Shown here: positions 9,301 to 17,315 of the stretch, piece after piece
Layout: each line of letters begins with the position of its first letter
Position numbering within the stretch: position 1 is the first letter of the stretch
NCBI GenBank assembly: GCA_040752695.1
Contig: JBFMGO010000001.1
Location: forward strand, 44,249 to 103,423
From: a bacterium
GTDB taxonomy: Bacteria; SZUA-182; DTGQ01
DNA: 59,175 nucleotides
Direction: 5' to 3'
Notes under the pieces: model-generated
Database searches by the model: none
Told to the model about the DNA's origin: nothing
What the model saw: the letters and a program-made list of their open reading frames with translations, nothing else
Position numbers and translations under genes: made by a program

Positions 9301-11447
9301 AAGATTGTCTCGATGTAATCGTCTTCGAGGTACTTGACAGTCGGCATACCGTTCATGGAGTAAAGGTCTGCCATCTTTACACCGGTAGAAGAGGCGGTAA
9401 TATCGCCGTGAAATGTATCCTCTTTGTTCTGGTTGGCGTAATTATAGGAAAAGGTTACGGTCATCTGGTCCTGATTGGAGAGAGTTGCCTGCGAAAGGTG
9501 AGTTTCATCATTGACTGAACCATTTCCTCCGAGAAGAATAATCGTTCCATCGGTATGTATCCTGCGGTAAGAGGCAGTGAGATCATATATCTGAAACTGG
9601 GTCTGGCTTACCGCAAGGTAGGTGACTATCGTCGGTCTTTGGGGTGCTTCGATAATGCCGTCGAAGGAGGCATTAAAGACAGGGAAGTTACCGGTGTCTT
9701 TTGGGGAACAGCAATTGAAGGTAGCCGCATTTTGCCAATTGCCCGTTATCTTCCCTGAAAATTTGGTGCCGCTCAAAGAACCATTTTTCCGCTCCTGGAA
9801 TGTCCCATTGAAGGTGACTGCTTTGGGCATGAAGTCGGGTACACGGCAGGTGTCAGAATCATCCGCCAGATTCCTGACAATCTCCGGGATATCCAACACA
9901 CCATCCAGTTGGGCGGTAGCGGTTGTAAACCTGCCTGAAAAGTACAGATTCGTGGGATAGTAATTTTTCCATTCCTTTTCAGATTGAGGTTCGTCATCGG
10001 GGATATGAGCAAACAAGACGGAGAGTTTTCTTCCCTCCCCACTGAAGTCGAATGAAAGATTGCCGGGAGCGGTGATCAGACCGGTGAGGGTTATGCCGGT
10101 GAGGGTATCTCCGTCATATGTTCCGGTATAGTCCGCACTGGCCGTAAGCTTATCGTTCATTGGCGTGGTCATGCGGGCAATAAACGTGCCGGAGATAATA
10201 TTCCCGGAATCATCGGCAGTCAGGGTGAGGTTCCCGTCATCAAGGGTTGTTGCGTTGAGCTCATTGCTCACGTCCATGACCGTAAACTCCACCATCGAGA
10301 ATCCCGCATTGTTTTCGGCTTCCGTTACGGTAATATCCAGCTTCAGGCCATCTTGCGTATAGGTATGGAAACCGGACTGTACCTTTCCATCCACCACCAG
10401 TTGATCGTGGATTTGTTTTGCAGAATCGACGATCCATCCTATCCTTTTGCCGGTGCTCGCGAGGTCTGAGCCAATTTTAGTTGTCAATTCCTCGGAAAGG
10501 TTTTTAAAAGGAGTCTCCAAGATGCCCTTCATTCCCGCGCCGTTATTATAGCCATAGATGGATAAAGCGGTATTGCGCAGGTCAGCCACCAGCTTTTTGG
10601 CCTTTATTAAATCCGTGGGGCCGGGGAGCGTAATATCGGGCACAGGATCGTGTTCGATGGCAAAGGCTATTGCCGTCTGGATGATTTGAGGCACTCCCCA
10701 TATCCCTGTATGGTTTCTGGGAGAATTTTTCGTAAATGCATCATAAGCATCCAATATATCCTGCCCTTTAAGGTCGAGTTTATGATCCGCCATAAGGTCT
10801 TCGGCGATACTCTTGATGACGAAAGCTACCCTTTCGATTGCATCACCAGCCTGAGTGGAAGCCATTTGAGATATGGCCGCCAGCATAAGCCCATAATGGG
10901 CCGCAGTAAAATTGGCTGTACTTGCATTGATACCGTGGGGCATGGTTCTCACGATGTCGGTGATACCCAGGGCCTTTTCAACCAGGTGGTTGGCTCCCTC
11001 TATATTTTCGCCGGTCAGGACGCCCCCTGTACAGGCCACCGCAATATCGGTCAGGGGCGTAATGGCCACGGAAACAGATCCCTGCACATGAGCAAGGGCT
11101 GCCTTGAGAGGAGGTGCAGGGGTATCGGCATCCGTTGCCTCATCGATATACCTGCCGCCGACTACCTCGACGAGCACATTGCCGGTGTATGATCCGATAG
11201 GAACGGAGTATGCTCCATTGGGGTCCGTCACAGCCATGCCGAGCTCCTGGCCCTTATTCCCGTTCTGATCCAGGGCAAATACCGTTACATTTCCACCCTT
11301 GATCAGCCCTTTGGAAGCGATACCGCTGATCGTTGTTCCGTTTGTATCACTGCCACCGCCGCCGCCACCGCTGCCGCATCCTGCCAGGATAAGAGCAAGG
11401 AAGCTAAAGATAATCATGAACCTAAGACATGCCTTGAAAGCTTTCAT
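9297..11447 (-). CDS. Large lipoprotein (~716 aa) with Gly linker, N-terminal prealbumin-like domain and beta-rich C-terminus
   Basis: Start reassigned to ATG 11447 (AAGGAGG RBS). Lipobox LAG|C followed by GSGGGGGGSD. 'TISGIASKGLIKGGNVTVF...TDPNGAYS'. Confidence 0.85.
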   Translation of the reverse strand: MKAFKACLRFMIIFSFLALILAGCGSGGGGGGSDTNGTTISGIASKGLIKGGNVTVFALDQNGNKGQELGMAVTDPNGAYSVPIGSYTGNVLVEVVGGRYIDEATDADTPAPPLKAALAHVQGSVSVAITPLTDIAVACTGGVLTGENIEGANHLVEKALGITDIVRTMPHGINASTANFTAAHYGLMLAAISQMASTQAGDAIERVAFVIKSIAEDLMADHKLDLKGQDILDAYDAFTKNSPRNHTGIWGVPQIIQTAIAFAIEHDPVPDITLPGPTDLIKAKKLVADLRNTALSIYGYNNGAGMKGILETPFKNLSEELTTKIGSDLASTGKRIGWIVDSAKQIHDQLVVDGKVQSGFHTYTQDGLKLDITVTEAENNAGFSMVEFTVMDVSNELNATTLDDGNLTLTADDSGNIISGTFIARMTTPMNDKLTASADYTGTYDGDTLTGITLTGLITAPGNLSFDFSGEGRKLSVLFAHIPDDEPQSEKEWKNYYPTNLYFSGRFTTATAQLDGVLDIPEIVRNLADDSDTCRVPDFMPKAVTFNGTFQERKNGSLSGTKFSGKITGNWQNAATFNCCSPKDTGNFPVFNASFDGIIEAPQRPTIVTYLAVSQTQFQIYDLTASYRRIHTDGTIILLGGNGSVNDETHLSQATLSNQDQMTVTFSYNYANQNKEDTFHGDITASSTGVKMADLYSMNGMPTVKYLEDDYIETIF

Positions 11448-11682
11448 AGGTAAGACCCTCCTTTTATGGGCTTTTGGGTAATTACCGGTTTTGGAGCTTT
11501 TGGGGGTATTTCGAAAGAGCTCCAACACTCTGCCGACTTTTCCTTGATCAGGGATATGAGCAATCTTTTTTCGTTCCTTCACCCGTAGTATGGCGAAGAG
11601 ATGCTGAAAAAGACGAGAGGCGTATTCTTCTTCTTGCTGAGAGGTGTATTCTTCTTCTTGCTTAAGGTAGTCTGATATCAGA

Positions 11683-11770
11683 ATTACAAAATAGTAATCA
11701 TACCACAAAATGGTAATTGCCGTAAAGACAATTTTGAAATCGAAATCACTTTTAGACATTGTCACTTTTT
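11683..11770 (+). promoter_or_regulatory. Putative enhancer (bEBP/PilR-like binding array) of pilin cassette 1
   Basis: ATTACAAAATAGTAAT dyad, AAAGACAATTTTGAAATC (11724-11741, identical to 15891-15908) and TTGTCAC. Confidence 0.6.
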
Positions 11771-11855
11771 GCCGGTATCACCATGGGATGCCGGAAGATA
11801 AGGTAAAATCAAACTGTTGGCTCATGTATGGTAAATCCGGTTTTTTCCTCCGGTC

Positions 11856-11870
11856 AGGAACAATATATGC
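11856..11870 (+). promoter_or_regulatory. Putative sigma54 -24/-12 promoter, pilin cassette 1
   Basis: AGGAACAATATATGC has GG-N10-GC spacing. Position and flanks mirror the site at 16027. Confidence 0.55.
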
Positions 11871-11974
11871 GTCTTTTCTCAGCGAAGATCATGAAGGTGA
11901 CTCGATACTCATGACCGATGATTTTATATTTTATAATTTCATCTTTTATATAAGAGAGGGAGGAAGAAAAAAGT

Positions 11975-12394
11975 ATGCTCTCTGCCCTGAAAAAAGTTTT
12001 ACTGAAAGCCGGGAACCCTGCTTTTCCTGAAAAAGGTTTTACCGTTGTGGAACTGATGGTTGCCCTCACCATTCTGGCTACTGCCATGTTGGGGATGGAA
12101 AGTATTATTTTTACCATATCCAAGAACAGTACCACGGCTCGCAGGATAACTACAGCCACTGATCTTTGCCAGGTAAAAATAGAGGAGTTGAAATCTCTGG
12201 GGTATAATGCCGTAGTAAATTGTCTGGAAAGCAATATTAACGAGAGAGGCGAGCCCGGAGGTATTTTCAGCCGCAGCGTAACTGTTTATACCACCCTGGT
12301 GCCAAGGACCAAAATGGTATTGGTAAGAGTCAGGTGGACCGATTTGATGGGCCCACGGACAGTAACCTTGCGAACCATAGTTGCCAATATTTAA
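11975..12394 (+). CDS. pilV: Type IV minor pilin PilV-like (cassette 1)
   Basis: Class III signal EKG|FTVVE. 'ATDLCQVKIEELK', 'FSRSVTV' and 'VRVRW' are PilV-type motifs. Confidence 0.8.
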   Translation: MLSALKKVLLKAGNPAFPEKGFTVVELMVALTILATAMLGMESIIFTISKNSTTARRITTATDLCQVKIEELKSLGYNAVVNCLESNINERGEPGGIFSRSVTVYTTLVPRTKMVLVRVRWTDLMGPRTVTLRTIVANI

Positions 12395-12421
12395 CCTGAT
12401 TTACCTATAAAGGAATGTATT

Positions 12422-14560
12422 ATGCTCAGGTATTTTCGATTGATCCTCCGCTTAGAGGCTGATGGTTTCACCCTGGTGGAAATAATGATCACCGTGGCGA
12501 TTTTGCTGCTTGCCCTCTCAGCAGCCTTTGGGGTAATGATTTCCCAGCAAAAGACCTTTAAGGCCGGGAATGAGTTGATCGAGATGTCGCAAAACACACG
12601 GGCATCGGTTGATATTTTACTCAGAGAGCTTCGCCTCTCCGGCTATAAAGCCCTGGAGCCTGATTTTCTCGGATACCTCTCTGCCTGGATTTCCAGTGAG
12701 TATCTGCCTGCTTATCCCTACAGCGTTGATCTTTCCGCACAGAGCTGCCCCATCGTTACTGATGGCGGGGAAACAAGTCCTGATATGATTACTCTTTTTA
12801 TCGCTGACCTTAAGGCGAATACTCTGGCAGCCGGTGCAACCAGCGGCAGTACGACCATTACTCTTGATCCCAATGCACAAGGCTATGCCGGCAGTGATAA
12901 GTTCAGGATCAACGATATTATCCGCATCGGTGATCATACTGAAATTGCAAAGGTCTCTGGTGTTTCAGGCAATACGCTGACCATTGATACCAACCCTGCC
13001 GTTACAGGAAATCAGGGATTGGCGAATAGTTACTCTGCACAGGAGCTCGTCAGGGAAATCAATATCGTGAGTTATACGGTAATTAATGAAGAAAATGACT
13101 CTTCCTGTCAGTATCACACCCAGGGACATCCAGTGTTAAAAAGAAAATACAATGAAGGCGACTATATGGATGTCGCTGAAGATGTTGAAGATATGCAGAT
13201 CATACCCCATGCCCCTCCGCGCTATAAGCTGCAACTGACCACCCGCACCTCAAGCCAGGGTAACTACGCGGAAGGGGATTCGGATGGATATAGACGGACC
13301 GAGTTGACCGCTGACTTTCGAATGCGCAACTATATCAAGTCAAGCTGCCTGTCTGCTGAATCTCCTTCCATAACCTCACTGAGCGGTCTCGATGCTTCTG
13401 ACCCATGTGTTATCCATGTCAGTTGGACAGCAAGTACCGCGGATATCCAAGGTGATAACCTCTCTACCGACTGTGCGGTCACCGATTATGTCGTCACTTA
13501 TGCGCCAACGCCGGATACCCGCTTCTATACAGCCTATCCGGGCAATACTACCAGTTGTAATCTTAACATCAGTGAAATCCTGAGGGATGCCAACTATTCA
13601 ACCAACATCTACTATGTCAGCGTTGCAGCGGTCAATGCCGGGGGGCTGAGCGCTTATTCGGCAGAGCAAACCATCAGCGACACTCACCAGCCAGACGCGG
13701 TGACGAATTTGACAGCCACAGCCAGCACCAGCAGCCATTCGATCACCCTCTCCTGGACGGATAATCCCGATTGTGATGTGGTGGCCTACCGCGTCTACCG
13801 GAGCACCATATCGGGCGGACCTTACAGCCAGATATTCAGCGATCCCAATGTCGAGATTGGAATCACCAAGACCTATACATACGAGGACATCGATCTTCCC
13901 TGCGATACCTACTACTATATCGTAAAGGCTTTCGATCTGAGGTTCGAAGGAGACAGCTCCCTGGAAGTTTACGATACCGTATTTGACAGCAACAGTCCTG
14001 CCGGACCGAGCAGCTTTTCCTTTACCCCATCGGGGACTGCCGTGACCCTCAATTGGACGATTTCAATTGACGATCCATTCGATGGCTGGGGAGATAATGA
14101 TGTCGCAGGATATTATATTTACGGCTTAAGCGGCGGGATCGAAGTTTTGCTGGACAGCACGACTTCGGCAGGTCAAAACAGCAGAACCATCGATTCTTTG
14201 GGATATACCGATTTCGGTATTAAGACCGTAGATATATGCAGCAATACCAGCAGCATGATAACTCAGATGAGTTGCCCGACCCCCCCGGCTATCACCATAA
14301 GCAGCCCTTCTGCCGGATCTACCGTAGCAGGAATCGTAACTATAAACGGGTACGCGAACTCTTACAACCCCCTGGTCAGGGTTATCGTATGGATCAACAC
14401 CGACCCTTGGAAACAGGTAACGGGAGACTACAATTGGAGTTATTCCTGGGATACTTCGGGCCTCGTGAATGGGACCTATACCATAACAGCCGAAGTTTTG
14501 GACAACGCAAACTGCTCAGGAAGAACATCCCTCGATGTTGTCGTTCAAAATGGGCCATAA
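12422..14560 (+). CDS. pilW: PilW-like minor pilin extended by ~3 fibronectin type III domains and a C-terminal Ig-like domain (712 aa)
   Basis: ADG|FTLVE and 'QNTRASVDILLRELRLSGY'. PilW body ends 'DGYRRTELTADFRMRN'. FN3 motifs 'LSWTD...YRVYRS...YYYIVKAFD'. Ig-like 'YSWDTSGLVNGTYTITA'. Confidence 0.85.
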   Translation: MLRYFRLILRLEADGFTLVEIMITVAILLLALSAAFGVMISQQKTFKAGNELIEMSQNTRASVDILLRELRLSGYKALEPDFLGYLSAWISSEYLPAYPYSVDLSAQSCPIVTDGGETSPDMITLFIADLKANTLAAGATSGSTTITLDPNAQGYAGSDKFRINDIIRIGDHTEIAKVSGVSGNTLTIDTNPAVTGNQGLANSYSAQELVREINIVSYTVINEENDSSCQYHTQGHPVLKRKYNEGDYMDVAEDVEDMQIIPHAPPRYKLQLTTRTSSQGNYAEGDSDGYRRTELTADFRMRNYIKSSCLSAESPSITSLSGLDASDPCVIHVSWTASTADIQGDNLSTDCAVTDYVVTYAPTPDTRFYTAYPGNTTSCNLNISEILRDANYSTNIYYVSVAAVNAGGLSAYSAEQTISDTHQPDAVTNLTATASTSSHSITLSWTDNPDCDVVAYRVYRSTISGGPYSQIFSDPNVEIGITKTYTYEDIDLPCDTYYYIVKAFDLRFEGDSSLEVYDTVFDSNSPAGPSSFSFTPSGTAVTLNWTISIDDPFDGWGDNDVAGYYIYGLSGGIEVLLDSTTSAGQNSRTIDSLGYTDFGIKTVDICSNTSSMITQMSCPTPPAITISSPSAGSTVAGIVTINGYANSYNPLVRVIVWINTDPWKQVTGDYNWSYSWDTSGLVNGTYTITAEVLDNANCSGRTSLDVVVQNGP

Positions 14561-14569
14561 TGCAAAATG

Positions 14570-14604
14570 GACCAGGTATGACCATAGTATGGTCATACCT
14601 GGTC
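14570..14604. repeat. 16-bp perfect inverted repeat between pilW1 and pilX1
   Basis: gaccaggtatgaccat-agt-atggtcatacctggtc. Confidence 0.85.
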
Positions 14605-14624
14605 ATAAGAGAAGGAATAAAGCG

Positions 14625-15677
14625 ATGCCGAAAAAATATCCCAGCCTTTATCAGGATAATGAAGGAATGGCCTTGATTACCGTTATGATCGTAATAGTAG
14701 CTCTTTTTCTCGTAGGGATTGCATCCTTAACCAATACAGCAACCGAATTCATGATCAGCCAAAATTACAGGCAGGGTGTTCGCGCCTTCTATGACAGTGA
14801 GGCCGGATTAGCCGAAGCCATGGCCAAGATTAGGAACGGCACGATCGTTTTGGACAGTGACGGTGATCCAAACTGGATATCGACTTTCAATCCCTGGTAT
14901 TTTCAATACCGATATTTCACTACCTATGATCCTAACAACCGCGTTTTTACCATTACTTCTGAGGGGACCGATCCCACGCAAAACGCCAACCGGCGGACAG
15001 TTGCTGAATTGAAGCGCCTTTTTCAACCTTCCGATATCAAATCGCCGGTCTATTGCGGATCAGGGGAAAACAAGGGCAATCCTAATTCGATCCATGGAGA
15101 CTCGGTCTCTCCTGCCTGGGCGGATGATGGTGATTCCTCGAACGATGGCAGCGTCCCTTGTGTTGTCACCCCGAATCCATATGTCAGTCCGACCAATCCC
15201 ATCAAAATGGATATGGATCAATTGACTACCACGAATCCCAGTAAACTGGAGTATGATACCGATCCCATCGATCTGGTGACAATGGCCACTTTTTATAAAG
15301 ACCTCCCCCCGGACCGGACCGACATCCCTACCGGTACGACGGTCACTATCGGCTCTACTACAGACCTGCAGGTGGTCTATATCAATGGCAATCTGACCGT
15401 TGCGGGAAGTAAAACCGGCTACGGCATATTGGTAGTTACCGGTGATCTTCACGTTTCGGGGTTGCTTCACTGGTTTGGCGTGGTCATCGTTCTGGGCAAT
15501 AACCTCATCCAGACCGGTGGCGGAGTCAGCGGTATTCAGGTTACCGGAGCTGTTTTGACTCCCAACCATTTCGAGATCCGGGGGAATTCGGACATTCAGT
15601 GGTCCGCCGATATCGTGAAGAAAGTTATGAATGAAGCCGGGGACCCCTTGCGCGTTATAAGCTGGAAAGAGGATTAA
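14625..15677 (+). CDS. pilX: PilX-like minor pilin with C-terminal beta-solenoid (cassette 1)
   Basis: Start reassigned to ATG 14625 (AAGGA RBS). NEG|MALITV without E5, as in PilX. 'AFYDSEAGL', 'GYGILVVTGDL' and terminal 'ISWKE'. Confidence 0.85.
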   Translation: MPKKYPSLYQDNEGMALITVMIVIVALFLVGIASLTNTATEFMISQNYRQGVRAFYDSEAGLAEAMAKIRNGTIVLDSDGDPNWISTFNPWYFQYRYFTTYDPNNRVFTITSEGTDPTQNANRRTVAELKRLFQPSDIKSPVYCGSGENKGNPNSIHGDSVSPAWADDGDSSNDGSVPCVVTPNPYVSPTNPIKMDMDQLTTTNPSKLEYDTDPIDLVTMATFYKDLPPDRTDIPTGTTVTIGSTTDLQVVYINGNLTVAGSKTGYGILVVTGDLHVSGLLHWFGVVIVLGNNLIQTGGGVSGIQVTGAVLTPNHFEIRGNSDIQWSADIVKKVMNEAGDPLRVISWKED

Positions 15678-15867
15678 TGCCTTGCCCCTTATCGAAACAG
15701 TGAAGGCACAGGCCCCCCTGTGCCGGAAAACTGTCTTCCCAAGCAAAATGTATTCATACGGCCCCCCTTGCAAGTTGAAAACCTCTCTTGAAGGTTGAAA
15801 AATCCCTCTCATCCTGTCCCTTCCTCCCTCCTTTCCGAGGAAGAAGGCAGGGTAAGCGGGATAGACT

Positions 15868-15932
15868 GATTACAAAAAAGTAATCGGATGAAAGACAATT
15901 TTGAAATCAAGGATTACTTTTTTGGTTGTCAC
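15868..15932 (+). promoter_or_regulatory. Putative enhancer (bEBP/PilR-like binding array) of pilin cassette 2
   Basis: GATTACAAAAAAGTAATC dyad, AAAGACAATTTTGAAATC and TTGTCAC, collinear with 11683-11770. Confidence 0.6.
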
Positions 15933-16026
15933 CCTCTGGCAGCCTTACTCTCCGTGGGAAAAAATAGAAAAAATAAATCAACACCTTATCCTGTGGATGA
16001 TGGATTTGGTTTTTCCGCCTCCGCTC

Positions 16027-16041
16027 AGGCATACCTTTTGC
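16027..16041 (+). promoter_or_regulatory. Putative sigma54 -24/-12 promoter, pilin cassette 2
   Basis: AGGCATACCTTTTGC closely matches TGGCAC-N5-TTGC. Confidence 0.7.
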
Positions 16042-16076
16042 GATTAAGAAAAGAAGACAATGTCCAGGAGGGAAAA

Positions 16077-16733
16077 ATGAGCACTCTCTATTTTTGGAAT
16101 ACGGTCTTAAAAGTCCCTGTGAAAATATCTGCCATGCTTCGATCTTTCACGCAATCCCGAAATTCCGGAATGACTTTAATGGAACTGGTGATAGCGGTGG
16201 CTCTCGTCGGTATCCTCTCGGCTACGGCTTTTTCCATCTGTCAGCCTCTGATTCTCCAATACAAGGTAAATGCCACTTCCAGGAAGCTGGCCATGGACCT
16301 TTTGGAGGCTCGCTTAAAAGCTATTTCGCAACACAATAATTTTGTGGTCCAGTTTTATGCGCCTGATACTAATGGAAATTATAAATATACGATTTTCAGT
16401 GACGATAACGGCAATGGAGTGAAAGATCAGAACGAGTATGGCAGAGAATTTCCCTTAAGAAAAGGAATTCATTTTATTTCAGAGCCAGAAACCATGTCTC
16501 CTTTCGGGGAAATCATAGAAGAAACGGACGGTGTCACGTTTCCCGGAAACAAGTTCACGTTCGCTCCACGGGGGTCATCGAGTGGATCGGGCAGCGTTTA
16601 TCTGATTCCGGCGGAGGATGTTACCCGTTTTGTTCACTATGATCACTGCAGGGCTTTAACCATCACCAATACTACGGGGAGAATCAGGGTATGGAAGTAC
16701 TGCCCGCAAGGTTCTCCCGTCCCATGGGAATGA
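16077..16733 (+). CDS. fimT: FimT/FimU (GspH-like) minor pilin
   Basis: Start reassigned to ATG 16077 (AGGAGG RBS, downstream of the sigma54 site). NSG|MTLME, 'LAMDLLEARLKAI', 'FTFAPRG', 'TTGRIRV'. Confidence 0.8.
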   Translation: MSTLYFWNTVLKVPVKISAMLRSFTQSRNSGMTLMELVIAVALVGILSATAFSICQPLILQYKVNATSRKLAMDLLEARLKAISQHNNFVVQFYAPDTNGNYKYTIFSDDNGNGVKDQNEYGREFPLRKGIHFISEPETMSPFGEIIEETDGVTFPGNKFTFAPRGSSSGSGSVYLIPAEDVTRFVHYDHCRALTITNTTGRIRVWKYCPQGSPVPWE

Positions 16734-16734
16734 T

Positions 16735-17286
16735 ATGACCAGTGACTCCAGTGAAGGTTTTACCTTGATTGAATTACTCATGACTATGGCTGTTTTTTCT
16801 TTTTCCCTGGTGGCGATTATGAACATGCTGACAGTATCCCTCTATGCCGGTAAAGTGGCAAACAGTATCACTCAGGCTACGAATCTGGCCCAGTATAAAA
16901 TTGAGGAGATTAAAAAATTATCGACTCATGAAGAGGACCAGGGAGTTACCCTTTTAGGTTTCGATTATCTCATATCTCTTGCGTCATATGGGTATCTTTC
17001 AACGATGTACGATGACGGAACTCATGGAGATGAAGAAGAAGGGGACGGGATTTATACGAATCAGGAATTCATAGAAGTGAAAACGCAAAATATGACTGAA
17101 AGTGCCCAGGGTACCACAACCATGACCAGAACATGGTCTTTGCGGCCGGCGGACCAGGGGGATTTTGCCCATCCAAACACGGTAAACCTGATCGGGCTGG
17201 CGGTTACGGTTTCCTGGCAGGAACAGGAAAGAACGAAGAATATACTTTTGGACACCTTGATTCATCGGCGGCGTTTTGTCCAATAA
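16735..17286 (+). CDS. pilV: PilV-like minor pilin (cassette 2) with an Asp/Gly-rich inserted loop
   Basis: SEG|FTLIE, 'ATNLAQYKIEEIK' and 'VTVSW'. Insert 'MYDDGTHGDEEEGDGIYT'. Confidence 0.8.
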   Translation: MTSDSSEGFTLIELLMTMAVFSFSLVAIMNMLTVSLYAGKVANSITQATNLAQYKIEEIKKLSTHEEDQGVTLLGFDYLISLASYGYLSTMYDDGTHGDEEEGDGIYTNQEFIEVKTQNMTESAQGTTTMTRTWSLRPADQGDFAHPNTVNLIGLAVTVSWQEQERTKNILLDTLIHRRRFVQ

Positions 17287-17315
17287 ACGGCTGCTTTTTT
17301 AGAAGGGGGAAGGAC

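Noticed and set aside
11448..11765. 106-aa N-terminal extension of the lipoprotein in the ORF track
   Set aside because: RBS and lipobox point to ATG 11447. The extension runs through regulatory DNA and a 24-bp duplication.
15696..15735. Riboswitch (for example c-di-GMP) in the pilX1-fimT gap
   Set aside because: Only a simple hairpin (ggcacagg...cctgtgcc) is visible and no aptamer consensus is recognisable. An Rfam covariance search would settle it.
15888..16076. Long N-terminal extension of fimT, and similar extensions for the pilX ORFs at 14535 and 17133
   Set aside because: They overlap promoter elements or upstream genes. Better RBS-linked starts lie near the prepilin cleavage sites.
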